Part shown: piece after piece, positions 42,176 to 52,912 of the stretch
How the letters are laid out: each line of letters begins with the position of its first letter
Position numbering within the stretch: position 1 is the first letter of the stretch
NCBI GenBank assembly: GCA_963785725.1
Contig: CAWAWS010000016.1
Span: 192,001-256,000 of the forward strand
Direction of reading: 5' to 3'
DNA: 64,000 bases
Source: an uncultured delta proteobacterium
GTDB taxonomy: Bacteria; Myxococcota_A; Polyangia; Palsa-1104
The notes under the pieces: generated by a model
What the model was told of the DNA's origin: nothing
Seen by the model: only the letters and a program-made list of their open reading frames with translations
Database searches by the model: none
Position numbers and translations under genes: made by a program

Positions 42176-42886
42176 ATGCGCAATACCCTGACCATCGCCA
42201 AACGAGAGTTCGGCGCCTACTTCAACTCGCCCATTCCGTACGTGTTGGTGGCGGGTTTCGTGGGGCTGAGCGGCATCTTGTATTTCCGCGATCTGTTCGT
42301 GAGCCGGCAGGCCGACATGCGGCAGTTCTTCTCGCTCTTGCCGCTGCTGTTCGCGATCCTCGTGCCGATGCTGACGATGCGGCTCATCGCCGAAGAGCGT
42401 CGTGAAGGCACGCTCGAGCTGCTGCTGACGATGCCGGTGAGCGACACGCAGCTCGTCATCGGCAAGTTCCTGTCGGCGCTCGGCGTCACGGCCGTGATGC
42501 TCGGGCTCACCCTCGCCTTCCCGATCACCGTCGCCGGCCTCGGGCCGCTCGACAAAGGCTCGACGACGGCCGGCTACATCGGCGGCCTGCTCATGGGTGG
42601 CGCCTTCTGCAGCATCGGCGTCATGGCCTCGGCGTTGACGCGCAATCAGATGCTCGCCGCCATCGTCGCCTTCCTCATCAACCTGAGCCTGCTCGCCTGC
42701 GACATGCTGGCGCGCATCTCCGGTCCGACGTTGGGGCCGATCTTGTCGACGATCGGAATCGGTACGCACTTCAACAACATCGCGCGCGGCGTCATCGATA
42801 CGCGCGACGTCCTCTACTACCTGTCGATCATTTCGGGCTGCCTCCTCGTGTCGCAGACGGCGCTCGATAGCCGGAGGTGGCGCTGA
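42176..42886 (+). CDS. ABC-2 permease (GldF-like)
   Basis: REFGAYFNSPIPY, TMRLIAEERREGTLELLLTMP, IGKF, ARGVIDTRD. Confidence 0.92.
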   Translation: MRNTLTIAKREFGAYFNSPIPYVLVAGFVGLSGILYFRDLFVSRQADMRQFFSLLPLLFAILVPMLTMRLIAEERREGTLELLLTMPVSDTQLVIGKFLSALGVTAVMLGLTLAFPITVAGLGPLDKGSTTAGYIGGLLMGGAFCSIGVMASALTRNQMLAAIVAFLINLSLLACDMLARISGPTLGPILSTIGIGTHFNNIARGVIDTRDVLYYLSIISGCLLVSQTALDSRRWR

Positions 42887-44580
42887 TGGCTACGGAACGC
42901 TCGAAGACCAAGACTGGCGCCAATGCCGTGCTGTTCGCGGCGTTGGTCATCGCCGGCATCATCCTCTTCAACATCGCCCTCTATAAGAAGGGCTTCAAGC
43001 GCGTCGACTTCACGGCCGATCACGTCTACACGCTGTCGCAGCCGTCGAAGGATCTGGTGGCCAAGCTGCCCGATCAGCTGACGGTCAAGGCGTTCATCTC
43101 GAACGACTTGCAGCCGCCGTTCTCGCAGACGGCGCAGTACGTGCGCGACATGCTCGACGAGTACGCGCACGCCAACAAAGACGGCAAGTTCAAGTGGGAA
43201 GCGATCGATCCGGGCGAGGACTCGAAGCTCGAAGAAGAGGCGACCAAGCTCAAAGTGCCGAAGAATCGGCGCGGTCGCGTCAGCAACAACAAGGTCGAGA
43301 TCGGCACGAGCTACCTCGGCATCGCCTTCCAATATCAGGGCAACATCGAGTCGATCCCCGAGATCAACGCGACCGAGGGGCTCGAGTATTCGATCGACAA
43401 GATCATCCGCCTGCTGACGCAGAAGAAGACGAAGATCGCGGTGGCGGCGTCGGAGGGTGAGCTGTCGACGCAAGGTCAGCAAGGTCAGCCGGGCGGCCTG
43501 TCCTACTTGAAGCAGAGCGCCGACTTCTTCGATCTCGTGCCGGTCAAGCTGAACGAAGGCGCCAAGCCGATCCCCGACGACGCGGTGGCGCTCATCATCG
43601 CCGGGCCGAAGCAGCCGTTCACCGATCGCTCGAAGTTCGTCATCGACCAGTTTCTGATGAAGGGCAAGTCGGTGGCCTTCTTCGTCGACGGCATGATCCT
43701 CGAGCAGCCGCAGCAGCAGATGAAGATTCCGGGCCAGGCGGAGACGCCGCGCATCGGCCGCAAGAACGACACCGGCCTCGATGACCTGCTCGGCAGCTAC
43801 GGCTTCGCCATTCACGACGACTACGTCATGGAGCCGATCAAGAACGTCGTCGGCCCGATTCCCGTCGCTGGGCAGATGCAGGGCGCGAACTATCCGGCGT
43901 TCCTCGCGACCGACACGATCGCCAAGTCGAGCCAGATCTTGGAGGGCTTGCCGCTCCTGATTCTGCCGTGGTCGTCGTCGGTGGAGCTGCTCAAGGACAA
44001 GCAGGCCGGGCTCGTCATCACCGAGCTGGCGACGTCGTCGGACAAGTCGTGGCGGCAAAAGGGCTTCTTCTTGTTCAACCCCGAGCTGCCGTTGAAGCCG
44101 AGCGACGAGCGCGGTCCGTTCCCGCTGGCGTACGCGGCCGAGGGCAAGTTCAAGTCGTTCTACGCCGGCAAGCCGCATCCCGACGACAAGGGCGTGATGG
44201 TGCCGCCGGGCGACAAGAACGTGTCGCTGCCGCCGGGCACCGAAGTGGCGATCGATCAGGCAGAGCAGCCGGGTCGGCTGCTCGTCGTCGGCAGCTCGAC
44301 GTGGGTGAGCGATCAGAACATCGGGCTCATTCGCTACGTGCAGTCGTATCAGGTCGATCTCATGCTCGGCCTGAACTCGCTCGATTGGCTGGCGCAAGAT
44401 CGCGCGCTGTCGACGGTGCGCAACAAGTCGATGACGCAGCGGCCGATCGCGCTCTCGTCGGACACGACGCCGGGCGTGCTGGAGGCGATCAACGTCGGGC
44501 TGGTTCCGCTGATGTTCCTGCTGTTCGGTGTCGGCCGTTGGCGGTTGCGTAAAGCGCGTCGCGCCCAGGCCAAGCTCTAG
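42886..44580 (+). CDS. GldG-like ABC auxiliary component
   Basis: N-terminal TM, RVDFTADHVYTLS, LIIAGPKQP, IDQFLMKG, LNSLDWL, C-terminal TM. Confidence 0.88.
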   Translation: MATERSKTKTGANAVLFAALVIAGIILFNIALYKKGFKRVDFTADHVYTLSQPSKDLVAKLPDQLTVKAFISNDLQPPFSQTAQYVRDMLDEYAHANKDGKFKWEAIDPGEDSKLEEEATKLKVPKNRRGRVSNNKVEIGTSYLGIAFQYQGNIESIPEINATEGLEYSIDKIIRLLTQKKTKIAVAASEGELSTQGQQGQPGGLSYLKQSADFFDLVPVKLNEGAKPIPDDAVALIIAGPKQPFTDRSKFVIDQFLMKGKSVAFFVDGMILEQPQQQMKIPGQAETPRIGRKNDTGLDDLLGSYGFAIHDDYVMEPIKNVVGPIPVAGQMQGANYPAFLATDTIAKSSQILEGLPLLILPWSSSVELLKDKQAGLVITELATSSDKSWRQKGFFLFNPELPLKPSDERGPFPLAYAAEGKFKSFYAGKPHPDDKGVMVPPGDKNVSLPPGTEVAIDQAEQPGRLLVVGSSTWVSDQNIGLIRYVQSYQVDLMLGLNSLDWLAQDRALSTVRNKSMTQRPIALSSDTTPGVLEAINVGLVPLMFLLFGVGRWRLRKARRAQAKL

Positions 44581-44615
44581 TCGCAACTCCCGATCCAGAT
44601 ACGAGGCACGAGACG

Positions 44616-45969
44616 ATGGAAAAACGAACGTTGTACGCGCTCCTCGCGGTGCTGGCCGTGGGCGCGCTGGTGTTGGTCGTGCAGCGCTCGCCGGAAAAGG
44701 GGCAGCGCAAAGGGCCGCCGCCGCGGCCGGTGCCCGAGCTCAAGGTCGATCAGAATCGCCAAGCTCGAGCTGACCAACGAGAAGCAGGAGCACACGACGC
44801 TGGAGAAAGCTTCGGCGACGGAGTGGCGCGTCAAGCAGCCGGGCGATTGGAAGGCCGATCAGTCGGGCATCAAGCAGCTGCTCGACGCCATCGGCAAGCT
44901 CGGCTTCGCCGACACGGTGACCGAGAGCGTCGAGAAGCACGCCGAGCTCGGCGTGGCCGACGGCAAAGGCGCGCATCTCGTCGTCAAAGACGCGGGCGGC
45001 AAGGCGCTGGCCGACTTGCTCATCGGCAAGAGCGTCGGCGGCTTCACGATGGTGCGCGTCGCCGGCAAGAACGAGGTGTGGCAGGCGACGGGGATCTTCC
45101 CGTACACCATCGCGCGCGAGCCGAAGGCTTGGCGCGACCACACGATCTTCGACTTCGCGGCGGCGGACGTGGACAAGCTGACGGTGGAATCGCCCGGGCA
45201 GAAGCTGGTGCTCGAGAAGCTGCCGGCGGACAAGGACAAGCCGAACGACGCGCAGTGGAAGATCGTCGAGTCCCAAGGCGCGGCGCCGAAAGCGGGCGAC
45301 GTGCTCGACATGCACCAGGCGACGGCGACGGCGCAGGGCTTGGCGAGCTTGCACGCGGCCGATTTCGCCGACGACAAGAAGAAGGACGACGTCATCGGCA
45401 AAGGCGAGGCGATGACGTTGACGGCGATGGCCAAAGGTCAGGCGCACACGCTCTATGTCGGCGAGCCCAAAGGCGACGATTTGTATCTCGCGACCGCCGA
45501 TCAGCCGACGGTGTTCACGATCAAGAAGTACTCGCTCGATCGCATCGCGCGCCGGCCGGTCGACTTCCGCGACAAGACGTTGGCGAAGGTCAAAGTGGCG
45601 GATCTCGCGTCGCTGGAGATCACCAACGGCACCGAGACGACGACGCTGACGCAGAAGGACGGCAAGTGGACGGCGGCCAAAGGCACCGTCGACGACGCCA
45701 AGGTCAAGCCGGTCGTCTCGGCGTTCGAGAACTTCCAGGCCGACGGCTTCTCCGACGAGCGCGACGCGGCCAAGACCGGCCTCGGCAAGCCGACCGGCCA
45801 GGTCGTCGTGCGCGGCAAGGACAAGCAGACGATCACGATCAAAGTCGGCGCCGCGACGAAGGACGGCGACTATTACGTCACCAAAGTCGGCTCGCCCGAT
45901 GTCTTCCGCGTCAAGAAGTACGCCGTCGACCGCTGGCTCAAGAAGCCGGCCGACCTCACCAAGAAGTAG
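44616..45969 (+). CDS. DUF4340-like periplasmic protein with three repeated domains; indel near 44750
   Basis: N-terminal TM in one frame; continuation IAKLELTNEK...DRWLKKPADLTKK in another; typical fourth gene of GldAFG-like cassettes. Confidence 0.75.
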
Positions 45970-46197
45970 CTATTTTTCGGGAGACGACTCGGCGCGCTGC
46001 ACGATGAGGCCGCGCGTCGGGTCGTAGCTCGCCACCGCCACCGTCACTTTATCGCCGAGCACGATGCGCGTCGCGCGCAGGCTCTTGACGCGCTCGGCGA
46101 TGATCCAGTGTCCGTCTTTGACCTCGACGCGATAGTGGCCGTTGGCCAGCACTTCCTTGATCAGCCCCGGCATCTCCACCAGATCGGCGCGCGTCAC
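45970..46197 (-). CDS. Divergent translation initiation factor IF-1-like (S1/OB) protein
   Basis: G-x-I-x-EVL-x-N-xx-YRV...RIVLGDKVTV...YDPTRG; lacks the canonical AHISGKMR and GRI-x-YR residues. Confidence 0.75.
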   Translation of the reverse strand: MTRADLVEMPGLIKEVLANGHYRVEVKDGHWIIAERVKSLRATRIVLGDKVTVAVASYDPTRGLIVQRAESSPEK

Positions 46198-46200
46198 TGT

Positions 46201-46935
46201 TCAGGCTTTGGGCGCGCCGCTCTGGGCGTCGTCTTCGTCGAGCGCGCGCAGCGCCAGCTCGGCGGCGCGCTGCTCCGCTTCCTTCTTGTTCTTGCCCACG
46301 CCGCGCGCCAGCTGGCGGTCGCCGACCCAGGCCGCGATGTCGAAGGTCTTGTCGTGGTCGGGCCCCTCTTCGTGCACGAGCTGGTAGCGCACGGGCTGAC
46401 GGCGCCGCGCGGCCCGCTCTTGCAGCCGCGTCTTGAAGTCGTGCATGCCGGCGGCGCCCGCCGACGCGACGCGCCCGCCGAACAGCTTGCGCACGACGCC
46501 GAAAGACGCCTCGAAACCGCCGTCGAGATAGACGGCCGCGACGAGCGCTTCGCAAGCGTCAGCGAGCACCGACGGCTTGCGCCGGCCGCCCGACTGCTCC
46601 TCGCCGCGACCCAAGAAGAGCCACTCGCCGAGACCGAGCTCGAGCGCGACGTCGGCCAAGCCCAGCTCGTTGACGATGGACGCGCGCGTCTTGGACAGCT
46701 CGCCCTCGTTGCGCTCGGGCGCGGCGTCCATGAGCAGGTGGCCGACGACCAAGTCCAAGACCGCGTCGCCCAAGAACTCGAGGCGTTCGTTGTCGGGCCG
46801 TCCCCAAGTCGGGTTCTCGTTGACGTAGGACTTGTGCGTGAGCGCCGATTCGAGGCGAGAGCGATCGCGGAAGGCGTAGTCGATGATCGCCTCCAAACGC
46901 GCGTACGGGCTGCCGCTCTCGTCGTCCTCGTCCAT
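46201..46935 (-). CDS. rnc: Ribonuclease III
   Basis: ALTHKS, NERLEFLGDAVL, ADACEALVAAVYLDGG, dsRBD DFKTRLQE...GKNKKEAEQ. Confidence 0.97.
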   Translation of the reverse strand: MDEDDESGSPYARLEAIIDYAFRDRSRLESALTHKSYVNENPTWGRPDNERLEFLGDAVLDLVVGHLLMDAAPERNEGELSKTRASIVNELGLADVALELGLGEWLFLGRGEEQSGGRRKPSVLADACEALVAAVYLDGGFEASFGVVRKLFGGRVASAGAAGMHDFKTRLQERAARRRQPVRYQLVHEEGPDHDKTFDIAAWVGDRQLARGVGKNKKEAEQRAAELALRALDEDDAQSGAPKA

Positions 46936-47001
46936 GTGGGTCCACGATATCACAGCGACTCTGTGTTATCGTGAGGCACCCTTTTTGTCAGGAGCGTCGG
47001 C

Positions 47002-47415
47002 ATGAACTTGACGTGCGTGAAGTGCACTTCGGTCCTCGACAAGGCGCGGGTCGGCGACGTCGAGGTCGATCTGTGCCCGAGCTGCGGCGGCTTGTGGCTC
47101 GACCACGGCGAGATCGAGCGGCTCGGACACGGCAAGCCCGAAGACCTCGGCCGCCTGCGCACCGCGCTCACGGGAACGGCGACGCCCGAGGCGATGTCGG
47201 AAGCGAGCACGTCGTGTCCGGCGTGTGCGGGTCAGCTGCTCGAGGTCGAGCTCGGACCGGTGCACATCGAGCACTGCAACAAGTGCTATGGCATCTTCCT
47301 CGACCGGGGCGAGCTCGACGAAGCGGTGCACGCCGTGTCGGGATCGACGGTGCGCCAGGTGATGACGCTCGCCGGCTCGTTCGCCCGCGAGCTCGCCGGC
47401 AGCGCCCGCTCGTAA
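47002..47415 (+). CDS. Tandem zf-TFIIB-like zinc-ribbon protein
   Basis: Shine-Dalgarno AGGAG; CVKC...CPSCGGLWLDHGE and CPAC...CNKCYGIFLDRGEL. Confidence 0.88.
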   Translation: MNLTCVKCTSVLDKARVGDVEVDLCPSCGGLWLDHGEIERLGHGKPEDLGRLRTALTGTATPEAMSEASTSCPACAGQLLEVELGPVHIEHCNKCYGIFLDRGELDEAVHAVSGSTVRQVMTLAGSFARELAGSARS

Positions 47416-47637
47416 GCAGCCGCGAAGACGCCTTCATTCCTCGCTAAACCAACGCAGCGCTGACGTTATCGACGAATCGCGTGCGCCCAATTCGCCGATT
47501 GTAAAGAGCCGCCGCAAATGTGAATTCGGGGAAACCAATCGGACATCTTCGACGTCAAATCGGTGTGGGCGCGAGTCCTCCCGAAGTGTTCTTTTGGTAT
47601 CGCGCGCAACATCAATCCCTAGCCCAAAGACTTTAGT

Positions 47638-47877
47638 GTGATGTCTATGACGCTCCGTGCAGTGGCTTGTGCCTGGTGCGCCGCCGAGATGAAGGTCCCC
47701 GACCCAGTCGCCGGCGCAGATGGCTACTTCGTGCTCCCCCGCCGCTGCCGCGCCTGCGCCGGCAACAACGTCATCGAGCTCGACGGCGCCCGCTCGGTCG
47801 TCAGCCAGCAGCGACGCGGTCGCCGGCGCTCGACCGGCACGCAGCGCATGCAAGCCATCAAGCCGCTCGCCAGCTAG
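47638..47877 (+). CDS. Small putative Zn-finger protein with basic tail
   Basis: CAWC...CRAC, tail QQRRGRRRS; start position uncertain. Confidence 0.55.
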   Translation: MMSMTLRAVACAWCAAEMKVPDPVAGADGYFVLPRRCRACAGNNVIELDGARSVVSQQRRGRRRSTGTQRMQAIKPLAS

Positions 47878-47908
47878 ACCCTAATTTCCCGATCGAAATG
47901 TGAGCGGT

Positions 47909-48970
<1,062 letters not shown>

Positions 48971-48999
48971 CGCGGCGGAAGATGTATTACTTTCATCGT

Positions 49000-50346
49000 G
49001 TGCGCAAGGGCGATCGGTTACGCCTGCACCTGGCCGGGCTCGACGAAGAAGCGGCCGGCTTAGGGCTGCAGGACGACGTGCGCGTACACGTCGCCGGCGC
49101 GCTGCCGGGCGAAGAGGTCGAGGCGGTCGTGGCGCACGTGTCACCGCATCGGCCGGACGCGTGGGCGGAGCTGACGGCGATCGTCAAGCCCTCGTCGCTG
49201 CGCGTGGCGCCGGTGTGCCCGGCGTACGGCGAGTGCGGCGGCTGTACGCTCGAGCACCTCGCCTACGCCGAGCAGCTGCGCTGGAAGTCGGCGCACGTGC
49301 AAGCGGAGCTCGACCGCGTGCCGGCGCTCGGGGGGCTCAAAGCGGCGCCTTGTGTCGCCTCGCCGCGCCCGCTCGGCTATCGCAACAAGTCGAAGCTGGT
49401 CTTCGCCGTCGACGAGGCCGGGCAGCCGCTGCTCGGCGCCTACGCGCCGCGGTCGCATCGCGTGGTCGACTTGAGCGGCTGCCGCGTGGCCGAAGCGCCG
49501 CTCGACGACGTGGCCGTGGCGCTCAAGTCGCTGCTCGGGCAGCACCACATCGCGCCCTATGACGAGCGGTCGCAACAAGGCCTCCTGCGTTATGCGATCT
49601 TGCGCGTCAATCACATCGGCCAAGTGCTGGTGACGCTGGTGACGGCGATGGAGCAGTTTCCCGACGGTGAGACGATCGCGCGGGCGCTCATCCAAGCGCG
49701 GCCGGAGGTGCTCGGCGTCGTGCAGAACATCAACGTCAGCCGCGGCAATACGCTGTATGGGCCGGAAGAGCGCTTGCTGGCGGGCGTCTCGGAGCTCGAA
49801 GAGCGCGTCGGGCCGGTGCATTTGACCTTGTCGTCGACGGCGTTCTTCCAGGTCAATCGCGACATCGCGGCGCGGATTTACGACGACTTGGCGCAGGCAG
49901 CGGCCTTGACCGGACAAGAGCGCGTCGTCGATGCCTATGCGGGCGTCGGCGGCATCGCGTTGACGCTGGCGCGCGGCGCGGGCGAGGTCATCGGCATCGA
50001 GGAGCACGCGCACGCCGTGTCCGATGCGCAGGCGGCGGCGCAGCTGAACCACGCGACGCGGGCGCGGTTTGCCGTCGGTGACGTGGCGCAAGTGTTGACC
50101 GGGCTGGACGCGGCGGATGTCGTCGTCTTGAACCCGCCGCGACGCGGCTGCGCGACGAGCGTGCTGCAAGCGGTGGCGCGTCTGAAGCCGCGGCTCGTCG
50201 CCTACGTCAGCTGCGCGCCGGAGACGCTGGCGCGCGATCTCGGCATTCTGGCGAGCCTCGGGCTGACGACGCGATCGGTGCAGCCGTACGACATGTTGCC
50301 GCAGACGCCGCACGTCGAGTCGCTGGCGCTCCTGACGCCGGGCTGA
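49000..50346 (+). CDS. rlmD: 23S rRNA (uracil-C5)-methyltransferase RlmD/TrmA family
   Basis: TRAM-like ALPGEEV, CPAYGECGGC, YRNK, FFQVN, DAYAGVGG, NPPRRG, YVSC, HVESL. Confidence 0.93.
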   Translation: MRKGDRLRLHLAGLDEEAAGLGLQDDVRVHVAGALPGEEVEAVVAHVSPHRPDAWAELTAIVKPSSLRVAPVCPAYGECGGCTLEHLAYAEQLRWKSAHVQAELDRVPALGGLKAAPCVASPRPLGYRNKSKLVFAVDEAGQPLLGAYAPRSHRVVDLSGCRVAEAPLDDVAVALKSLLGQHHIAPYDERSQQGLLRYAILRVNHIGQVLVTLVTAMEQFPDGETIARALIQARPEVLGVVQNINVSRGNTLYGPEERLLAGVSELEERVGPVHLTLSSTAFFQVNRDIAARIYDDLAQAAALTGQERVVDAYAGVGGIALTLARGAGEVIGIEEHAHAVSDAQAAAQLNHATRARFAVGDVAQVLTGLDAADVVVLNPPRRGCATSVLQAVARLKPRLVAYVSCAPETLARDLGILASLGLTTRSVQPYDMLPQTPHVESLALLTPG

Positions 50347-50370
50347 CGCCAACGCCTACGGCGGCGCCGG

Positions 50371-51483
50371 TCAAGCTTGCCGAATGCGCGCCAGCAGCGA
50401 CGGCAATCGGGCCAACACGGCGTCGACTTCGGCGGGCGTGTTGCCGCGGCCGAACGAGAAGCGCACGGCCTCCTTCGGATTGTGCCCGATGGCGACGATG
50501 ACCGGCGACGGCGCGCGCGTGCCGGAGCTGCAGGCGGCGCCGGTCGAGACCGCGAAGCCGTCGATGTCGAGCGCCTCCATGAGCAGCTCGCCGTCGACGC
50601 CGGCAAACGCGACGTTGCTGGTGTTGGCCACGCGCGCGCCGCCGCCGCCGTGAACGCGGGCGCCGAGCGCGACGGCGCCGGCTTCGAAGCGGTCGCGCAG
50701 CGCGCCGGACAAGGGCGTGACGCTGGCCGCGGCCGCGCCGAAGCCGACGATGCCGAGCGCGTTCTCGGTGCCCGGCCGCCGCTCGCGCTCTTGATGCCCG
50801 CCGCGCAACAGCGACGGCAGCTGCAGCTCGCGCGCGACATAGAGGGCGCCCGCGCCTTTGGGCCCGCCGATCTTGTGCGCCGACAGCGTCAACGCGTCGA
50901 CACCGAGCGCGCGCACGTCGACGGCGATCTTGCCGGCCGCTTGCACGGCGTCCGAATGCAGATGCGCGCCGCGGGAGCGCGCCAGCGTCGCGAGCTCGGC
51001 GATCGCCTGGATGGTCCCGATCTCGTGGTTGGCGAGCTGGACCGTCACCAGCGCCGTCGTGTCATCGAGCCGCGCCGTCAAGCGGTCGCGATCGACGCGC
51101 CCTTGTCCATCGACGGGCAGCCGCTCGACGACGAAGCCGCGCGCCGCCAACGCCGCGCACGGCGCGTCGACGCAGGGATGCTCGATCGCCGACAGCAGCA
51201 CGCGCACGCGCCGCGAATCGTTGGCCCGCGCGTGCTCGGCCAGCGCCGTCACCGCCCAATTGTTGGCTTCCGTGCCGCCCGAGGTGAACACCAGATCTTC
51301 GCGCCGCGCGCCCACCAACGCGGCCACTTGATCGCGGGCGCGCTCGACGGCATCCCGCGCGCGCCGACCTTCGGCATGAAGCGACGACGGGTTGCCGTGC
51401 ACGTCGAGGAACGCCAACATCGCCGCGCGCGCGTCGGGCGACAGCGGCGTCGTGGCGTTGTGATCGAAGTAGACCCGCGTCAC
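50371..51483 (-). CDS. Cysteine desulfurase (IscS/NifS group I)
   Basis: YFDHNATTP, FTSGGTEANN, NHEIGT, HSDAVQ, SAHKIGGPKG, RPGTEN, STGAACSSG. Confidence 0.95.
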   Translation of the reverse strand: MTRVYFDHNATTPLSPDARAAMLAFLDVHGNPSSLHAEGRRARDAVERARDQVAALVGARREDLVFTSGGTEANNWAVTALAEHARANDSRRVRVLLSAIEHPCVDAPCAALAARGFVVERLPVDGQGRVDRDRLTARLDDTTALVTVQLANHEIGTIQAIAELATLARSRGAHLHSDAVQAAGKIAVDVRALGVDALTLSAHKIGGPKGAGALYVARELQLPSLLRGGHQERERRPGTENALGIVGFGAAAASVTPLSGALRDRFEAGAVALGARVHGGGGARVANTSNVAFAGVDGELLMEALDIDGFAVSTGAACSSGTRAPSPVIVAIGHNPKEAVRFSFGRGNTPAEVDAVLARLPSLLARIRQA

Positions 51484-51532
51484 AGCCGTGCACCTTGACA
51501 TGGCGCGCGGCGACGTCAAACATGAAAGCACG

Positions 51533-52895
51533 ATGGCCGAGACGCCCGGTGCGCTGCTCCTGCGAGCAGGAGTCCTGCGGGCGAAGGATCTGGCCGCTGC
51601 GACCGTGCTGCACGAGCGTGACGGCGGCTCCTTCGGTGAGTGTCTCGTTCGCCTCGGCTTGATGGACGAGGAGCGGCTCGCCGACTTCTATCAGTCGCGC
51701 CTCATGATTTCGCGGCTGCCCGATCATCGGCTGGTGACACTGTCGAAGGCGGCGCTGGCGCTGGTGTCGGCGGACATGGCGGCGGAGTTTCGCGTCGTGC
51801 CCGTCGATCTCGACGGCGAAGGCGGGCTCGTCTTGGCGATGGCCGATCCGACGGACAATCACGCCGTCGACGAAGTGGCCTTCTTTGCCGATCACTTCGT
51901 CGTGCGCGTCGTGGCGACCGAGAGCGGCATTCGCGACGCCATCGAGCGGCATTATGGCGTGCGCTTCACGTCGCCGCGCGCGGCCGATGCGGTCGCGGCG
52001 CCGGCCGTCAAGACGCCGGCGCCGACGGTGGTCGCGCGGCCGCCGGTCAAGCCGGGACCGACGACGGAGGCGCCGTTGACGCGGCCGCCGAATCCGTCGC
52101 CGCCGCCGCCGAGCTATCGTCGCGTGCCGCCGCTGCCGGCGAATGACCACGATCCGCCGCCGCATCAGAACGTGCACATCGCGCCGCAGCCGGAGCACGA
52201 CGAAGCCGAAGTCGTGCTGCTGACGAAGGTGAAGTACTCGGACCAGACGCCGCTGCCGATGCCGGTGCCGCCGCCCGACGACTACGCGCCGGCGTATCTC
52301 GCCGAACGGCTGCCGCCGGCCGAAGATCCGGCGCACGACGAGCCGATCTTGCTGACGGAGCCGAAGATCGCGGCGCCCAATCGACCGCGACGCGACACGC
52401 TGCAGGGCCTACAGCAGATGACGGTGCCGGATCCGCCGCTGGCGCTCCTGCGCGCGGCGCAGCACCGCGACGAGATCGCGCACGCCGTCCTCGACTACAT
52501 GGCGCTCTTGTTGCGGCGCGCGACGTTCTTCGTCATGAAGAAGAAGATCCTGGCCGGCTATGACGCGCGCGGCGGCGAGCTGGAATCTGGCGCAAGTGCG
52601 CAAGCTCGTCATCAGCGTCGAGGCGCCGAGCCTGTTTCGCGACGTGATCGCGTCGCGGCTGCCCTATCGCGGGCCGCTGCCGGAGACGCCGGCCAATCGC
52701 GCGTTCGCCTACGCCATCGGCGGCATCGACAGCGACGTGCTGCTCATGCCGATCGCCGTGCGCGATCGCGTCATCGCCGTGCTCTTCGCCGACGGCGCCG
52801 CGCAGCCGCTGCCGGACGCGGCGCTGCACGCGACGGTGCGCGAGGCCGGGCTGGCGTACGAGCGGCTGCTGCTCGAAGCGAAGCGGTCTACCTAA
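51533..52895 (+). CDS. T2SSE_N/MshEN-like + Pro-rich linker + GAF-like protein; indel near 52585
   Basis: GALLLRAG...FGECLVRLG, VVPV...LVLAMADP; C-terminal LLMPIAVRDRVIAVLFAD in the second frame; no ATPase motifs. Confidence 0.75.
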
Positions 52896-52912
52896 GCTCG
52901 ATCTCCGCCCCG

